Source: an uncultured Desulfatibacillum sp. (GTDB lineage Bacteria > Desulfobacterota > Desulfobacteria > Desulfobacterales > SpSt-501). From it: DNA of 57,057 bases. The notes under the pieces were generated by a model. That model saw only the letters and a program-made list of their open reading frames with translations. It was not told the origin of the DNA and did not search any database. This document shows, in pieces, positions 1-9,080 of the stretch. The position numbers and the translations under genes are program-made. Location: the NCBI GenBank assembly GCA_964596545.1, contig CAZQUP010000004.1, positions 15,868 through 72,924 on the forward strand, written 5' to 3'. Every line of letters begins with the position of its first letter. Position 1 is the first letter of the stretch.

Positions 1-522
1 GGGATCGGTGATCGCCGTCACGACCGCCAAATCGGCGAGCGCGCCGTTGGTCACGTAGGCTTTGGCGCCCGAAAGGCGGAAATCCCCCCCGTCCGGCTCC
101 GCCGTGAGACGGATCGCCGCGGCGTCGCTTCCGGCGTGCGCCTCGGTGTTCGCCAGACAAAGGATGACCCGCCCCGCAGCCGCCTCCGGCCCGTAGCGCT
201 CCAGAAGCGCGGGGGACCCGAAACGCCACAGTGCCGCAAGCCCGAGGTCCGCATGGGCGAGCGCCGCGATCGCCGCGCCCGCGGCGACCCGCGCGAATTC
301 CTCGAAGAGCAGCGCCTCGCGCAGCACCCCCCGGTGTACGAGCCGCCCCTCCTCCAGGGCGAACCCGTAAGATTCCGCTTCGCCGAGGTCGGTGAAGAAA
401 CGGCGATCGAGAGAACCCTCCGCCCGTCTGGCCGCGAGGGCTTGGGCGAAAGGGCCTCCGGTGAGGAAGCGGCGGAAACGGTCGCGCTCGGCGACCAGCG
501 CTTCGGGCAAAGCGAAATCCAC
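1..522 (-). CDS. acyl-CoA dehydrogenase, N-terminal part (gene continues past the left edge)
   Basis: Not in the ORF track (GTG start, open at the window edge). My minus-strand translation from GTG at 522..520, preceded by AGAGGA, reads VDFALPEALVAERDRFRRFL...LANTEAHAGSDAAAIRLTAEPDGGDFRLSGAKAYVTNGALADLAVV. The 'TE.AGSD' and 'G.K.YVTNG..AD' stretches are classic ACAD N/middle-domain motifs. Confidence 0.7.
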   Translation of the reverse strand, partial: MDFALPEALVAERDRFRRFLTGGPFAQALAARRAEGSLDRRFFTDLGEAESYGFALEEGRLVHRGVLREALLFEEFARVAAGAAIAALAHADLGLAALWRFGSPALLERYGPEAAAGRVILCLANTEAHAGSDAAAIRLTAEPDGGDFRLSGAKAYVTNGALADLAVVTAITDP

Positions 523-685
523 GATTTCCTCTTTGCGGCAGGCCTCAGGCGGGATCCCCGATCCGGTGCCGCGACCCCGGGTTCCCGCCGGAGGGGAGCC
601 TACCGTGCCGGTTCTTGCTCCCCTGTAGAGGAATTCCGCTGAAAAGACAAGATTTGATGAACGACGTTCCGTTAATGGAGAAGTC

Positions 686-714
686 TTGAACTCCGCGCCG
701 AGCTGGTCTAATCT
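686..714 (+). promoter_or_regulatory. candidate sigma70-type promoter (TTGAAC-N17-TAATCT) upstream of the KH-protein gene
   Basis: The hexamers were read directly from the sequence, with 17-nt spacing. It lies in the 311-nt divergent gap between the ACAD start (522) and the KH start (834). This is a consensus match only. Confidence 0.25.
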
Positions 715-718
715 GCTT

Positions 719-743
719 CCCGCCGGCCTATACGGCCGGCGGG
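719..743. repeat. perfect 10-5-10 palindrome CCCGCCGGCC-TATAC-GGCCGGCGGG
   Basis: I checked the arms base by base. It starts 5 nt after the putative -10 hexamer, so it is either an operator-like site or a 5' leader hairpin. Confidence 0.6.
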
Positions 744-833
744 GAGGGCGGAGTCCCTCCGGGAGGCGTCGGCCGCGCCGGCCGGCATCAGGCGACCTGC
801 GGAACGGAAGCGCTTACGGAAGGGGGAGACGCC

Positions 834-1064
834 ATGAAAGAGCTGATCGAGTATATCGCCAAAGCCCTGGTCGACCACCCGGAACAGGTGAGCGTGCATG
901 TCCTCGAGGGCAGCCAAGCGACCGTTCTCGAGCTGAGCGTCGCCAAGACGGACCTCGGCAAGGTCATCGGCAAGCAGGGAAGAACCGCCAAGGCCATCCG
1001 CACCATTCTCGGAGCCGCGGCCGCCAAAGAAAAGAAACGCGCCGTCCTGGAAATCGTGGAGTAG
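834..1064 (+). CDS. KH-domain RNA-binding protein (YlqC/UPF0109 family)
   Basis: 76 aa. Contains '[19 protein letters not shown]' (GXXG KH loop). A GGGGGAG Shine-Dalgarno (SD) sequence lies upstream. Confidence 0.85.
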   Translation: MKELIEYIAKALVDHPEQVSVHVLEGSQATVLELSVAKTDLGKVIGKQGRTAKAIRTILGAAAAKEKKRAVLEIVE

Positions 1065-1227
1065 AGAAGGCCCCGTTCGCTCTCCTTCGTGCCCTCGCCG
1101 CGGCGGGGCTCTTTGCGGGCGGTTTCCGCTCCCTCCCTTGACGGGGCGGAAGGCGGCCTCATATTCAGCCGAACCGTGCGGCGCCCCGCCGCCGCTCAAG
1201 GCCGTTTTCGCCGCCGAGGGAGGGCCG

Positions 1228-2334
1228 ATGCCCCGAACCAAGATCGAACTGCCTGAAGAGATCGCCTTCCTGTCCATCCTGGACGAAGAGGGTCGTCTCG
1301 ACCGCGAGCTCGAGCCCCGCATCGACGAGGAACTTCTCCTTCGACTGTACCGGACGATGCTGCTCGCCCGGCGCTTCGACGAGCGCCTTCTCAGCCTGCA
1401 GCGTCAGGGCCGTATCGGGACCTTTCCTCCGAGTTCGGGCCAGGAAGCCGCTCATCTCGGAGCGGCGGCGGTGCTGCAGCCGGAAGACTGGATGGTTCCG
1501 GCCTTCCGTGAGCTCGCCGCCGAGCTCTGGCGCGGCCGGACCCTCGAGAGCGTTCTCCTGTACAACGCCGGGTTCAACGAAGGTGCGCGCATCCCCCCGG
1601 AGCGTAACGACCTGCCGATCTCCATCCCCGTCGGCTCGCAAATCCTGCACGCCGTCGGCATCGCCTGGGCGCTGCGTTACCGGAAGACCGAGCGGGTGGC
1701 GATGGTCTTCTTCGGCGACGGGGCGACCTCCCAGGGCGACTTCCACGAGGGACTCAATTTCGCGGGGGTCTTTTCGCTTCCGGTCGTGTTCGTCTGTCAG
1801 AACAACCACTGGGCGATTTCCCATCCCCGCTCCCGCCAGACCCGCTCCCGCACCCTCGCCCAGAAGGCCCTCGCCTACGGGATCCACGGCGTTCAGGTCG
1901 ACGGCAATGATGTGCTCGCCGTGTACGCCGCGGCCGGCGAGGCGGTCGCGCGCGCCCGCGTCGGCCAAGGCGCCACCCTGATCGAGTGCGTCACCTACCG
2001 CCTCTCGGTGCACACCACCGCCGACGACCCCCGCCGCTACCGCACCGACGAGGAGGTCGAGGCCTGGCGCCGTCGGGATCCGTTGACCCGCTTTCAGAAA
2101 TACCTCGCCGAGCGCGGGCTGCTTTCCGAGGAGAAGATCCGTACGAGCGAAGAGGAGGTCGGACGGGAAATCCAGCAGGCCGTCGCGCGTGCCGAGGAGG
2201 AGATGAAGCGCCTTGGGGACCCGCTCGCCCTCTTCGATCATCTCTGGGCCGAAATGCCCGCCTCGCTGCGCGAACAACGCGAGGAGTTCATCTCCGGAAT
2301 GTCGGCCCCTCCAAGGGAGGACAGGCATGGCTAA
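1228..2334 (+). CDS. 2-oxoacid (pyruvate/branched-chain) dehydrogenase E1 alpha subunit, TPP-dependent
   Basis: TPP motif 'GDGATSQGDFHEGLNFAGVFSLPVVFVCQNN'. I chose the internal ATG at 1228 (MPRTKIELPEE...), preceded by GAGGGAGGG. The 30 codons upstream of it in the track ORF look non-coding. Confidence 0.9.
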   Translation: MPRTKIELPEEIAFLSILDEEGRLDRELEPRIDEELLLRLYRTMLLARRFDERLLSLQRQGRIGTFPPSSGQEAAHLGAAAVLQPEDWMVPAFRELAAELWRGRTLESVLLYNAGFNEGARIPPERNDLPISIPVGSQILHAVGIAWALRYRKTERVAMVFFGDGATSQGDFHEGLNFAGVFSLPVVFVCQNNHWAISHPRSRQTRSRTLAQKALAYGIHGVQVDGNDVLAVYAAAGEAVARARVGQGATLIECVTYRLSVHTTADDPRRYRTDEEVEAWRRRDPLTRFQKYLAERGLLSEEKIRTSEEEVGREIQQAVARAEEEMKRLGDPLALFDHLWAEMPASLREQREEFISGMSAPPREDRHG

Positions 2335-3310
2335 ACTGAATCTGGTGCAGGCCCTCAACCTCGCCCTCCGGCAGGAAATGGAGCGGGACGATCGGGTCAT
2401 CGTCCTGGGGGAAGACGTCGGCCGCGACGGCGGGGTCTTTCGCGTGACCGAGGGGCTGATCGAGCGCTTCGGCGAGGAGCGCGTGGTGGACACGCCGCTG
2501 GCCGAGTCGGCGATCGTCGGCGCTTCGATCGGCATGGCCGTAGCCGGACTGCGTCCGGTCTGCGAGATTCAGTTCGACGGGTTCACTTATTACGCCATGC
2601 ACCAGATCGAGTCCCACGCCACCCGCCTGCGCTGGCGCTCCCAGGGCCGCCACGAGGTCCCGCTCGTCGTCCGGGCGCCTTACGGCGGCGGCGTGCGCGC
2701 CCTCGAGCACCACTCGGAGAGCCGCGAAGCCCTATGGGCCCACCTGCCCGGGCTGAAAACGGTGATCCCTTCGGGGCCCCGCAATGCGCGCGCCCTGCTT
2801 GTGAGCGCCATCCGCGACCCCGACCCGGTGATGTTCTTCGAGCCGAAAGCCCTCTACCGCGCTTTCCGCGAGGAGGTCCCCGAAGAGGAAGAAACCTTGC
2901 CTCTCGGCCGCTCGCGCATCGCCCGCGAAGGCACCGACCTCACCCTCGTCGCCTACGGGGCGATGCTGCGTCCGGCGCTCGAGGCGGCCGAGGAGCTCAA
3001 GCGCTCGCGGGGCGCCGAGGCCGAGGTGATCGATCTGCTCACGATCTCGCCCCTCGACGACACGCTGCTCGTCGCCTCGGCCCGCAAGACGGGACGGGTG
3101 GCCGTGGTGCATGAAGCCCCGCGGAGCTTCGGGCCGGGTGCCGAAATCGTGGCCCGTCTCGTGGAAAAGGCGTTCTACCATCTCGAGGCGCCCGTGGCGC
3201 GGGTGACGGGCTACGACGTCATCATTCCCCTTTTCAGCCGCGAACGCTACTACCTGCCCGACGTTCCGCGCATCCTGCAGGCGGCGCAAAGGCTTCTGGC
3301 AACGCCCTGA
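2327..3310 (+). CDS. 2-oxoacid dehydrogenase E1 beta subunit
   Basis: MAKLNLVQALNLALRQEMERDDRVIVLGEDVG... is a typical transketolase-like pyrimidine-binding E1b. It overlaps E1a by 8 nt, suggesting translational coupling. Confidence 0.9.
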   Translation: MAKLNLVQALNLALRQEMERDDRVIVLGEDVGRDGGVFRVTEGLIERFGEERVVDTPLAESAIVGASIGMAVAGLRPVCEIQFDGFTYYAMHQIESHATRLRWRSQGRHEVPLVVRAPYGGGVRALEHHSESREALWAHLPGLKTVIPSGPRNARALLVSAIRDPDPVMFFEPKALYRAFREEVPEEEETLPLGRSRIAREGTDLTLVAYGAMLRPALEAAEELKRSRGAEAEVIDLLTISPLDDTLLVASARKTGRVAVVHEAPRSFGPGAEIVARLVEKAFYHLEAPVARVTGYDVIIPLFSRERYYLPDVPRILQAAQRLLATP

Positions 3311-3338
3311 TTCGGGAGAAAGGAAGGTCTCCACCGCC

Positions 3339-4622
3339 ATGATCCGCGAATTCAAGCTGCCCGACCTGGGCGAAGGGGTTCACGAGGGCGAGATTCTCTC
3401 CGTCCGGGTCGTTGTAGGGCAGGCCGTGCGCGAGGGGGAAATCCTCCTCGAGGTCGAAACCGACAAGGCGGCGGTCGAGATCCCCTCGCCGTTCACCGGT
3501 ACCGTGACCGAAATCCGCGTCCGCCCGGGACAGACGGTCCACGTGGGTGAGATCCTGGTCACCGTTGAGACCGGGGAGGCGAAGGAGGAGGACAAACCGC
3601 CGCCGGCGGCCGCGGCGGAGAAATCCCCCCAAAGGCCCCCGGCGCCTTCCCCCCCGCCCGGGGAACCCCGACGGGGTCCGGTTCCCGCCTCGCCCGCCAC
3701 GCGGCGTCTCGCGCGCGAGCTCGGGGTCGATCTCACCCGGGTTCCGGGGAGCGGCCCCGCCGGGCTGGTCACGGCGGAAGACGTGCGGGCGTTTGCGGCG
3801 CTGACCCCTTCTCCCGCCTCGGCTCCGGCCGCCGCGCAACCTCCGGCTGCGCCGGCTTCCCCCGCGGTCGACGAGGCGGAGGTCCTGCCGGACTTTTCCC
3901 GCTGGGGACCCGTCGAGCGCATCCCCTTCCGCTCGCTGCGGCGTGCGACGGCGCGGCGGATGACCCTTTCCTGGTCGCGCATTCCGCATGTGAGCAGCCT
4001 GGAGATGGTCGATGTGACCCGGCTGGAGGCCTTCCGCAAAAAGCACAAGGAGCAGGTGGAGGCTCTCGGCGGCCGGCTCACCCTCACCGTCTTCGCGCTC
4101 AAGGCGGCCGCGACCGTGCTCAAGAGCCATCCACGGATCAACGCTTCGCTCGATGAGGCCGCAGGCGAGATCGTACTCAAAAAGCACTACCACCTCGGGG
4201 TCGCCGTCAACACCGAGGAAGGCCTGGTCGTCCCCGTGGTACGCCATGTCGACGACAAGAGCCTCAAGGAGATCGCCGTCGAGCTGAAGGGGCTGATCGA
4301 GCGCGCCCATGCCCGCAAGCTCACCCGTGAGGAGCTCCAGGGTGGAACCTTCACGCTGACCAACGCCGGGGCCCTCGGCGGCTGGAGTTTCACGCCCATC
4401 ATCCAGTACCCCCAGGCGGCGATCCTCGGGCTGGGCGAAGCGCGGCTGGAGCCCGTGGTCGTCTCCGGGGGCGAGCGGCCGCGCCTGGCGGCACGGCTGC
4501 GGATGCCCGCCGTATTGAGCATCGACCACCGGCTGCTCGACGGCGCCGACGCCGTGGGTTTCCTGCAGGCTTTCCGGCGGATTCTCGAGGATCCCGACGA
4601 ACTGCTGCTCTCGCTCGTCTAG
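3339..4622 (+). CDS. dihydrolipoamide acyltransferase E2
   Basis: Lipoyl domain 'EVETDKAAVEIPSP', Pro/Ala linker, E3-binding domain 'ASPATRRLARELGVDL', and catalytic 'DHRLLDG'. Confidence 0.92.
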   Translation: MIREFKLPDLGEGVHEGEILSVRVVVGQAVREGEILLEVETDKAAVEIPSPFTGTVTEIRVRPGQTVHVGEILVTVETGEAKEEDKPPPAAAAEKSPQRPPAPSPPPGEPRRGPVPASPATRRLARELGVDLTRVPGSGPAGLVTAEDVRAFAALTPSPASAPAAAQPPAAPASPAVDEAEVLPDFSRWGPVERIPFRSLRRATARRMTLSWSRIPHVSSLEMVDVTRLEAFRKKHKEQVEALGGRLTLTVFALKAAATVLKSHPRINASLDEAAGEIVLKKHYHLGVAVNTEEGLVVPVVRHVDDKSLKEIAVELKGLIERAHARKLTREELQGGTFTLTNAGALGGWSFTPIIQYPQAAILGLGEARLEPVVVSGGERPRLAARLRMPAVLSIDHRLLDGADAVGFLQAFRRILEDPDELLLSLV

Positions 4623-4654
4623 ACCGCCCCGGCCGAAACGAAAGGACAACCCGC

Positions 4655-6091
4655 ATGGTCATGGGGGAATTGAGTCAGGAGACCGAAGTTTTGGTGATCG
4701 GCGGCGGCCCCGGAGGTTACGCCGCGGCCTTCCGCGCGGCCGATCTCGGTCTCGAGGCGACGCTCGTGGACACCGCCCCCCGGCCGGGAGGTGTTTGTCT
4801 CTATCGGGGATGCATCCCCTCGAAGACGTTTTTGCACCTGGCCGAACTCGTCCTCGACACGGCCGCGGCCGCCGGCCGCGGGATCACCTTCGGCGCTCCC
4901 CGGATCGACCTCGAGGGGCTGCGGCGGTGGAAGGCCCAAGTGATCGAAAAAATGGCCGAGGGACTCACCGCTCTCGCCCGGCGGCGCAACGTGCAGCTCA
5001 TCCAGGGTCGCGCCGAATTCGAATCCTCCGAGTCCGTTCTCCTGCACGACGCCGAAATCCGCCGCATCCGCTTCCGCCATGCGGTGATCGCCACGGGGTC
5101 GCGCCCGATCGCCCCGCCCGGCGTGGAGTTCCGGCCCGGAGGACGGATCATGAGCTCGACCGGGGCGCTCGCTCTGGCCGATATCCCCGAATCGCTGCTC
5201 GTGATCGGCGGCGGCTATGTCGGACTCGAGCTGGGCATGGTCTACGCCGCCTTCGGAACCCGTGTGACGCTCGTCGAGCGGCAGGAGCGGATCCTCGCCG
5301 GGGTCGACCGTGATCTTGCTCGACCGCTTTTCGAGCGCCTCCGGGGTCTGTTCGCCGCGATGCACCTCGGGACCCGGGTGGTCGAGCTCGCCGAAGAAGA
5401 AGAAAGCGTCCGGGCGCGACTGGCGGGGGAATCCGGGGAAATCGAGGAGCGCTTTTCGCGCGCGCTCGTCGCCGTCGGGCGCCGACCGGCCACCGAGGGG
5501 CTGGGTTTGGAGAAGACCGGGGTGGAGTGCGACGAGCGGGGCTTCATCCGCGTCGATGCCCGGATGGCGACCGCCGACCCGCGGATTCGGGCCGTGGGCG
5601 ATGCGGTCGGCGGCTTGATGCTCGCCCACAAGGCCAGCGCCGAGGGAAAGGTGGCCGCCGAGGGAATCGCGGGCAAGCCGGCGCAGTTCGACGCCCGCGC
5701 CGTGCCGGCCGTCGTCTACACCGACCCGCAGGTCGCCTGGTGTGGGCTGACCGAGGAAGAGGCCCGGCGCCTCGGCATCGAGGTGCACGTGACCCGCTTT
5801 CCCTGGAGATTTTCCGGTCGCGCCGTGACCCTGGGAGCTTCCGAAGGTTTGACCAAACTGATCGTCGAGCCGGGATCCGGCCGCATTCTCGGCATGGGCG
5901 TCTGCGGCCGACATGCCGAGGGGCTGATCGCCGAGGGTGTGCTGGCCGTGGAGATGGGGGCGCTCGCCGAGGATCTCGCCGCCATCCTGCATCCGCACCC
6001 GACGCTTTCCGAAACCGAGGGCGAGGCCGCCGAGCTCTTCTTCGGCAACGCCATCCACCTCCTGGGGAAAACGCCCTCGCCTTCCCGCTGA
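4655..6091 (+). CDS. lpdA: dihydrolipoyl dehydrogenase E3
   Basis: 'VIGGGPGGY' FAD fold, redox disulfide 'GGVCLYRGCIPSK', and C-terminal 'HPHPTLSE' His-Glu pair. Confidence 0.93.
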   Translation: MVMGELSQETEVLVIGGGPGGYAAAFRAADLGLEATLVDTAPRPGGVCLYRGCIPSKTFLHLAELVLDTAAAAGRGITFGAPRIDLEGLRRWKAQVIEKMAEGLTALARRRNVQLIQGRAEFESSESVLLHDAEIRRIRFRHAVIATGSRPIAPPGVEFRPGGRIMSSTGALALADIPESLLVIGGGYVGLELGMVYAAFGTRVTLVERQERILAGVDRDLARPLFERLRGLFAAMHLGTRVVELAEEEESVRARLAGESGEIEERFSRALVAVGRRPATEGLGLEKTGVECDERGFIRVDARMATADPRIRAVGDAVGGLMLAHKASAEGKVAAEGIAGKPAQFDARAVPAVVYTDPQVAWCGLTEEEARRLGIEVHVTRFPWRFSGRAVTLGASEGLTKLIVEPGSGRILGMGVCGRHAEGLIAEGVLAVEMGALAEDLAAILHPHPTLSETEGEAAELFFGNAIHLLGKTPSPSR

Positions 6092-6104
6092 ACCCGCGAC
6101 GCCC

Positions 6105-6590
6105 TCAGCGCAGATAGCGCGCGATCCACGCGTCGTTCACCTGCACCGCCGTCACCTCGCCGCGGGCGCATTCCTCCCCGGCGGCCAGCAGTCGAATCTC
6201 GATCACCGCCCGGCGGCCCTCGAGCGCCTTCACCCGGCCGCGGAGCTCAAGCTCGGCCGATAGCGGCGTGGGACGGAGGTAATCGACGTGCAGGGAGGCG
6301 GTGACGAAACGCACGGGCGGATCGGATCCTGGATCGCGCCCCTCCGCCCGGAGTTTCGCCGCCGCGGCCGTTCCCGTGCCGTGGCAGTCGATCAGAGAGG
6401 CGATCAACCCGCCGTAGACGGTCCCGGGCAACGCCGTGTGGTAGGGCTGCGGCCGGAAACGGCACACGCTCTCCTCGCCTTCCCAGAAGCTGCGGATCTT
6501 CAGGCCCTGGGGGTTGAGACGGCCGCAGCCGTAGCAGTGGCTGAACGCCTCGGGGTAGAAATCCTGGAACGCTCTCGGCTCTTCCCTCAC
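6105..6590 (-). CDS. PaaI-family (hotdog-fold) thioesterase
   Basis: 161 aa. N-terminal 'HCYGCG..NP.GL' followed by 'YGG..ASL.D' is the typical PaaI/4HBT pattern. Confidence 0.75.
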   Translation of the reverse strand: MREEPRAFQDFYPEAFSHCYGCGRLNPQGLKIRSFWEGEESVCRFRPQPYHTALPGTVYGGLIASLIDCHGTGTAAAAKLRAEGRDPGSDPPVRFVTASLHVDYLRPTPLSAELELRGRVKALEGRRAVIEIRLLAAGEECARGEVTAVQVNDAWIARYLR

Positions 6591-6597
6591 GGAGGGC

Positions 6598-6813
6598 TCA
6601 ATCCTCCTTCTGGTACTTGAAGGAAAGGCTGACCCGGGCGCGATAGGCGACGACCTTTCCTTTCTCGATTTTCATGTCGAGCTTGGTGATCTCGGCCACG
6701 CGCAGGTCGCGAAGCGAACGCGAGGCGGTCTCAACCGCCTGCCGGGCCGCATCCTCCCAGGAAGTGGGGCTGGTTCCGACGAGTTCGATGATCTTGTAGA
6801 CGCTCTCGGCCAT
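6598..6813 (-). CDS. dodecin-family flavin-binding protein
   Basis: 71 aa. 'VYKIIELVGTSPTSWEDAARQAVETAS..LR...V' is the dodecin signature. AAGGAGG SD upstream. Confidence 0.85.
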   Translation of the reverse strand: MAESVYKIIELVGTSPTSWEDAARQAVETASRSLRDLRVAEITKLDMKIEKGKVVAYRARVSLSFKYQKED

Positions 6814-7010
6814 AGGGTCCTCCTTTTCCGAAACGGTTCGAACCGGTGAAGGGTTGGGGGGAAGTCACCGCGGGCGGCCGGGGTCCGCGGCGCGGTGAAA
6901 GGCCGAATCGCCTGCATCCGCTGCCGCCGCCCGCGCCCGGAACGTCGAGGGAGAGCATCGGGGTCGTCGGAGATGCGGAAACCGCAGGACCTCCGGCGGC
7001 CCGGGGCAAA

Positions 7011-7053
7011 GAAAAAAACCGTTTGCGGTGGCGGCGGGATCGCTAGCCGCCGC
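7011..7053 (-). terminator. candidate terminator after the C39-like gene
   Basis: The minus strand reads GCGGCGG-CUAGCGAUC-CCGCCGC (7-bp stem), then ACCG-CAAA-CGGU and a U7 run. It begins about 40 nt downstream of the stop at 7091. Confidence 0.35.
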
Positions 7054-7090
7054 ATAGCGGAAAGCGACCCCACAAGTCAAGGCCGCGCCT

Positions 7091-7678
7091 TCAGGAAAGA
7101 AAATAAGTGTGCGTGGGACAGAGCAGGTGGGGTCGCGCCTTCGTGGGGCGATTGGTGGTACACCGGCTGCGCTTCATGTTCCGCAGGCGGTGCGAGTCGA
7201 AGAAATAGATCTCTTTTTCGCTGATCGCATGCGAGACGGTCCAATGGTCCCAGTACCGTCCTCCCACGCCGATCAGAACGGCGCGCTTTTCCCCGTCGGC
7301 GAGGAAGGCCATGGCCTCGTTCCAGAAATCGTCGAGGGTGGTCTCCGGGCGATGCTTGAAAGGCATGGTCCGCTCGGGGATACGGCTGCCGGCGACCTCC
7401 CGCAGAATGCTGCCCACGGTGTTGAGGGTGATTCCTTCGGTGAGGACTTTGGCCAGGTCTTCATTTTCGTCCAGCCAGGCCAGAATTTCACTGAAAAGCC
7501 GCTTGGCCTCCTCGGCGTTCAGATCGGAGACGATGCGTGCGGAGTTGACGATGCTGTAGACGGCGCAGAGCCCGTCCAACGCCCCCTGATGAAACGGCTT
7601 CAACTCCTTGCCCCGGATGTAGAGGGCTCCCTTGCGGCGGGTGGAACGGAGGCAGGGATTCGGCGGTGTCAGGGACAT
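7091..7678 (-). CDS. stand-alone C39-like (papain-fold) cysteine peptidase candidate
   Basis: 'FHQGALDGLCAVYS' gives a Gln 7 residues before the candidate nucleophile Cys. 'DHWTVSHAISEKEIYFFDS' gives His then Asp 16 residues later, the same His-to-Asp spacing as bacteriocin-processing C39 domains. The start is taken at the internal ATG (MSLTPPN...); the track ORF extends to 7765. GC is visibly lower than in the neighbours. Confidence 0.5.
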   Translation of the reverse strand: MSLTPPNPCLRSTRRKGALYIRGKELKPFHQGALDGLCAVYSIVNSARIVSDLNAEEAKRLFSEILAWLDENEDLAKVLTEGITLNTVGSILREVAGSRIPERTMPFKHRPETTLDDFWNEAMAFLADGEKRAVLIGVGGRYWDHWTVSHAISEKEIYFFDSHRLRNMKRSRCTTNRPTKARPHLLCPTHTYFLS

Positions 7679-8042
7679 TGCGGTTGAACTCCCGGGTGGT
7701 GTAGGTCCCCAGCGGTCGAAAGGGGATCGCCTCAAGCAGGAATGGGCCCCGAGGAGGGCCCACAAAGGAACACCTTTCGATTTTCGCTCCGCAACCGCCC
7801 GTTTCCGCCACTACGGCCGGCGGACGGCCGAAGCATCGATCGCTGGAATACTGATCGATGCCTCGATTATAGCGCAACGGAATGGAAAAGCAAGGCCCAT
7901 CCAAAAAAGCAACATTATATTTTATATCAAATACTTATAATCCAAAAGACCTGTCTCGGCGCTTCGGGATTGAGCTTTCGGACGATCCCCGCTATGAGGA
8001 TCGCTTTCCGCTCGAAAAGCGGCGAGGTCAAGGAGGCGAACG

Positions 8043-9080
8043 GTGGATTTCCGAACGCAGCGGGCAAGCCGGGAAGCCGAAATTGAGATCGAGCGCCCCG
8101 CCGCGGCGATTGCGGCCATGCAGCGACCCGACGGGGATATCCCCTGGAGCCCCGGCATGAAGACCGACCCCTGGGATCTCGTCGAGGCGGCGATGGGCCT
8201 CGCCGTAGCCGGCCGGATTGATCGCGCCCGCCGTGCCTATCGCTGGCTGGCCGAGCGCCAGCTCGCCGACGGAAGCTGGTACAGCGCCTACCGGGAGGGC
8301 GTTCCCATCGACCGCACGCGCGAGGCCCATTTCGCCGCCTACCCGGCGGTCGGGATCTACCAGGACTTTCTGCTCACCTCCGACAGCGGCTTCCTGGCGG
8401 AGATGTGGCCCACGGTGGTCTCCGGCATCGAGTTCGCGCTGCGCCTGCAGGCCCCGACAGGGGAGATCCGGTGGGCGATCAGCCCCGAGGGCGCCATCGA
8501 CCCCATGGCGTTGCTCACGGCCTCGAGTTCGGTCTTTCTCAGCCTGCGTTGCGCCCTGGCCGTCGGCGAGATTCTTGGGCAGCGGCGGCCGGGCTGGATG
8601 GACGCGCTCCGGCGACTGGGGGAGGCCATCTGCTTTCGCCCGCGGCTGTTCAACGTGGCCAAGGCACGCTATTCGATGGACTGGTTCTACCCCGTGCTGG
8701 CCGGGGTGCGGATCGGGGCGGACGCGGAGCGCCGCATCGCGCGGGGTTGGCGCAAATTCGTCGTCGAAGGTCTCGGGGTGCGCTGCGTCGCCGACCGGCC
8801 CTGGGTGACGATCGCCGAAACCTCGGAGCTGGCCCTCGCCCTTGCGGCCATGGGGCGTCTCGATCGGGCGCGCCTTGTCTTCCAGTGGATCGCCGAACGC
8901 CGCTTCCCCGACGGCTCCTACGTCGCCGGATTCACCTTCCCCGACATGACGGTCTGGCCGACGGAGTCCTTCTCCTGGACCAACGCCGGGGTGCTGCTCG
9001 CCGCCGACGCCCTCTTCGGGCTCACCTCTGCCTCGGATCTCTTCCATCACCGGCCCTGGGCGACGGGGCCTTCGCGCTGA
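8043..9080 (+). CDS. prenyltransferase/squalene-oxidase repeat (alpha/alpha toroid) protein
   Basis: GTG start after AAGGAGG. Repeated QW-like motifs: 'QRPDGDIPW', 'RQLADGSWY', 'RRFPDGSY'. Confidence 0.65.
   Translation: MDFRTQRASREAEIEIERPAAAIAAMQRPDGDIPWSPGMKTDPWDLVEAAMGLAVAGRIDRARRAYRWLAERQLADGSWYSAYREGVPIDRTREAHFAAYPAVGIYQDFLLTSDSGFLAEMWPTVVSGIEFALRLQAPTGEIRWAISPEGAIDPMALLTASSSVFLSLRCALAVGEILGQRRPGWMDALRRLGEAICFRPRLFNVAKARYSMDWFYPVLAGVRIGADAERRIARGWRKFVVEGLGVRCVADRPWVTIAETSELALALAAMGRLDRARLVFQWIAERRFPDGSYVAGFTFPDMTVWPTESFSWTNAGVLLAADALFGLTSASDLFHHRPWATGPSR

Noticed and set aside
6834-6845. CGGTTCGAACCG, which contains the GGTTCGAA T-loop-like string and so raised the possibility of a tRNA.
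   Set aside because: No acceptor, D or anticodon arms can be drawn around it. It is a 12-bp palindrome in the dodecin 5' UTR. I found no tRNA anywhere in the window.
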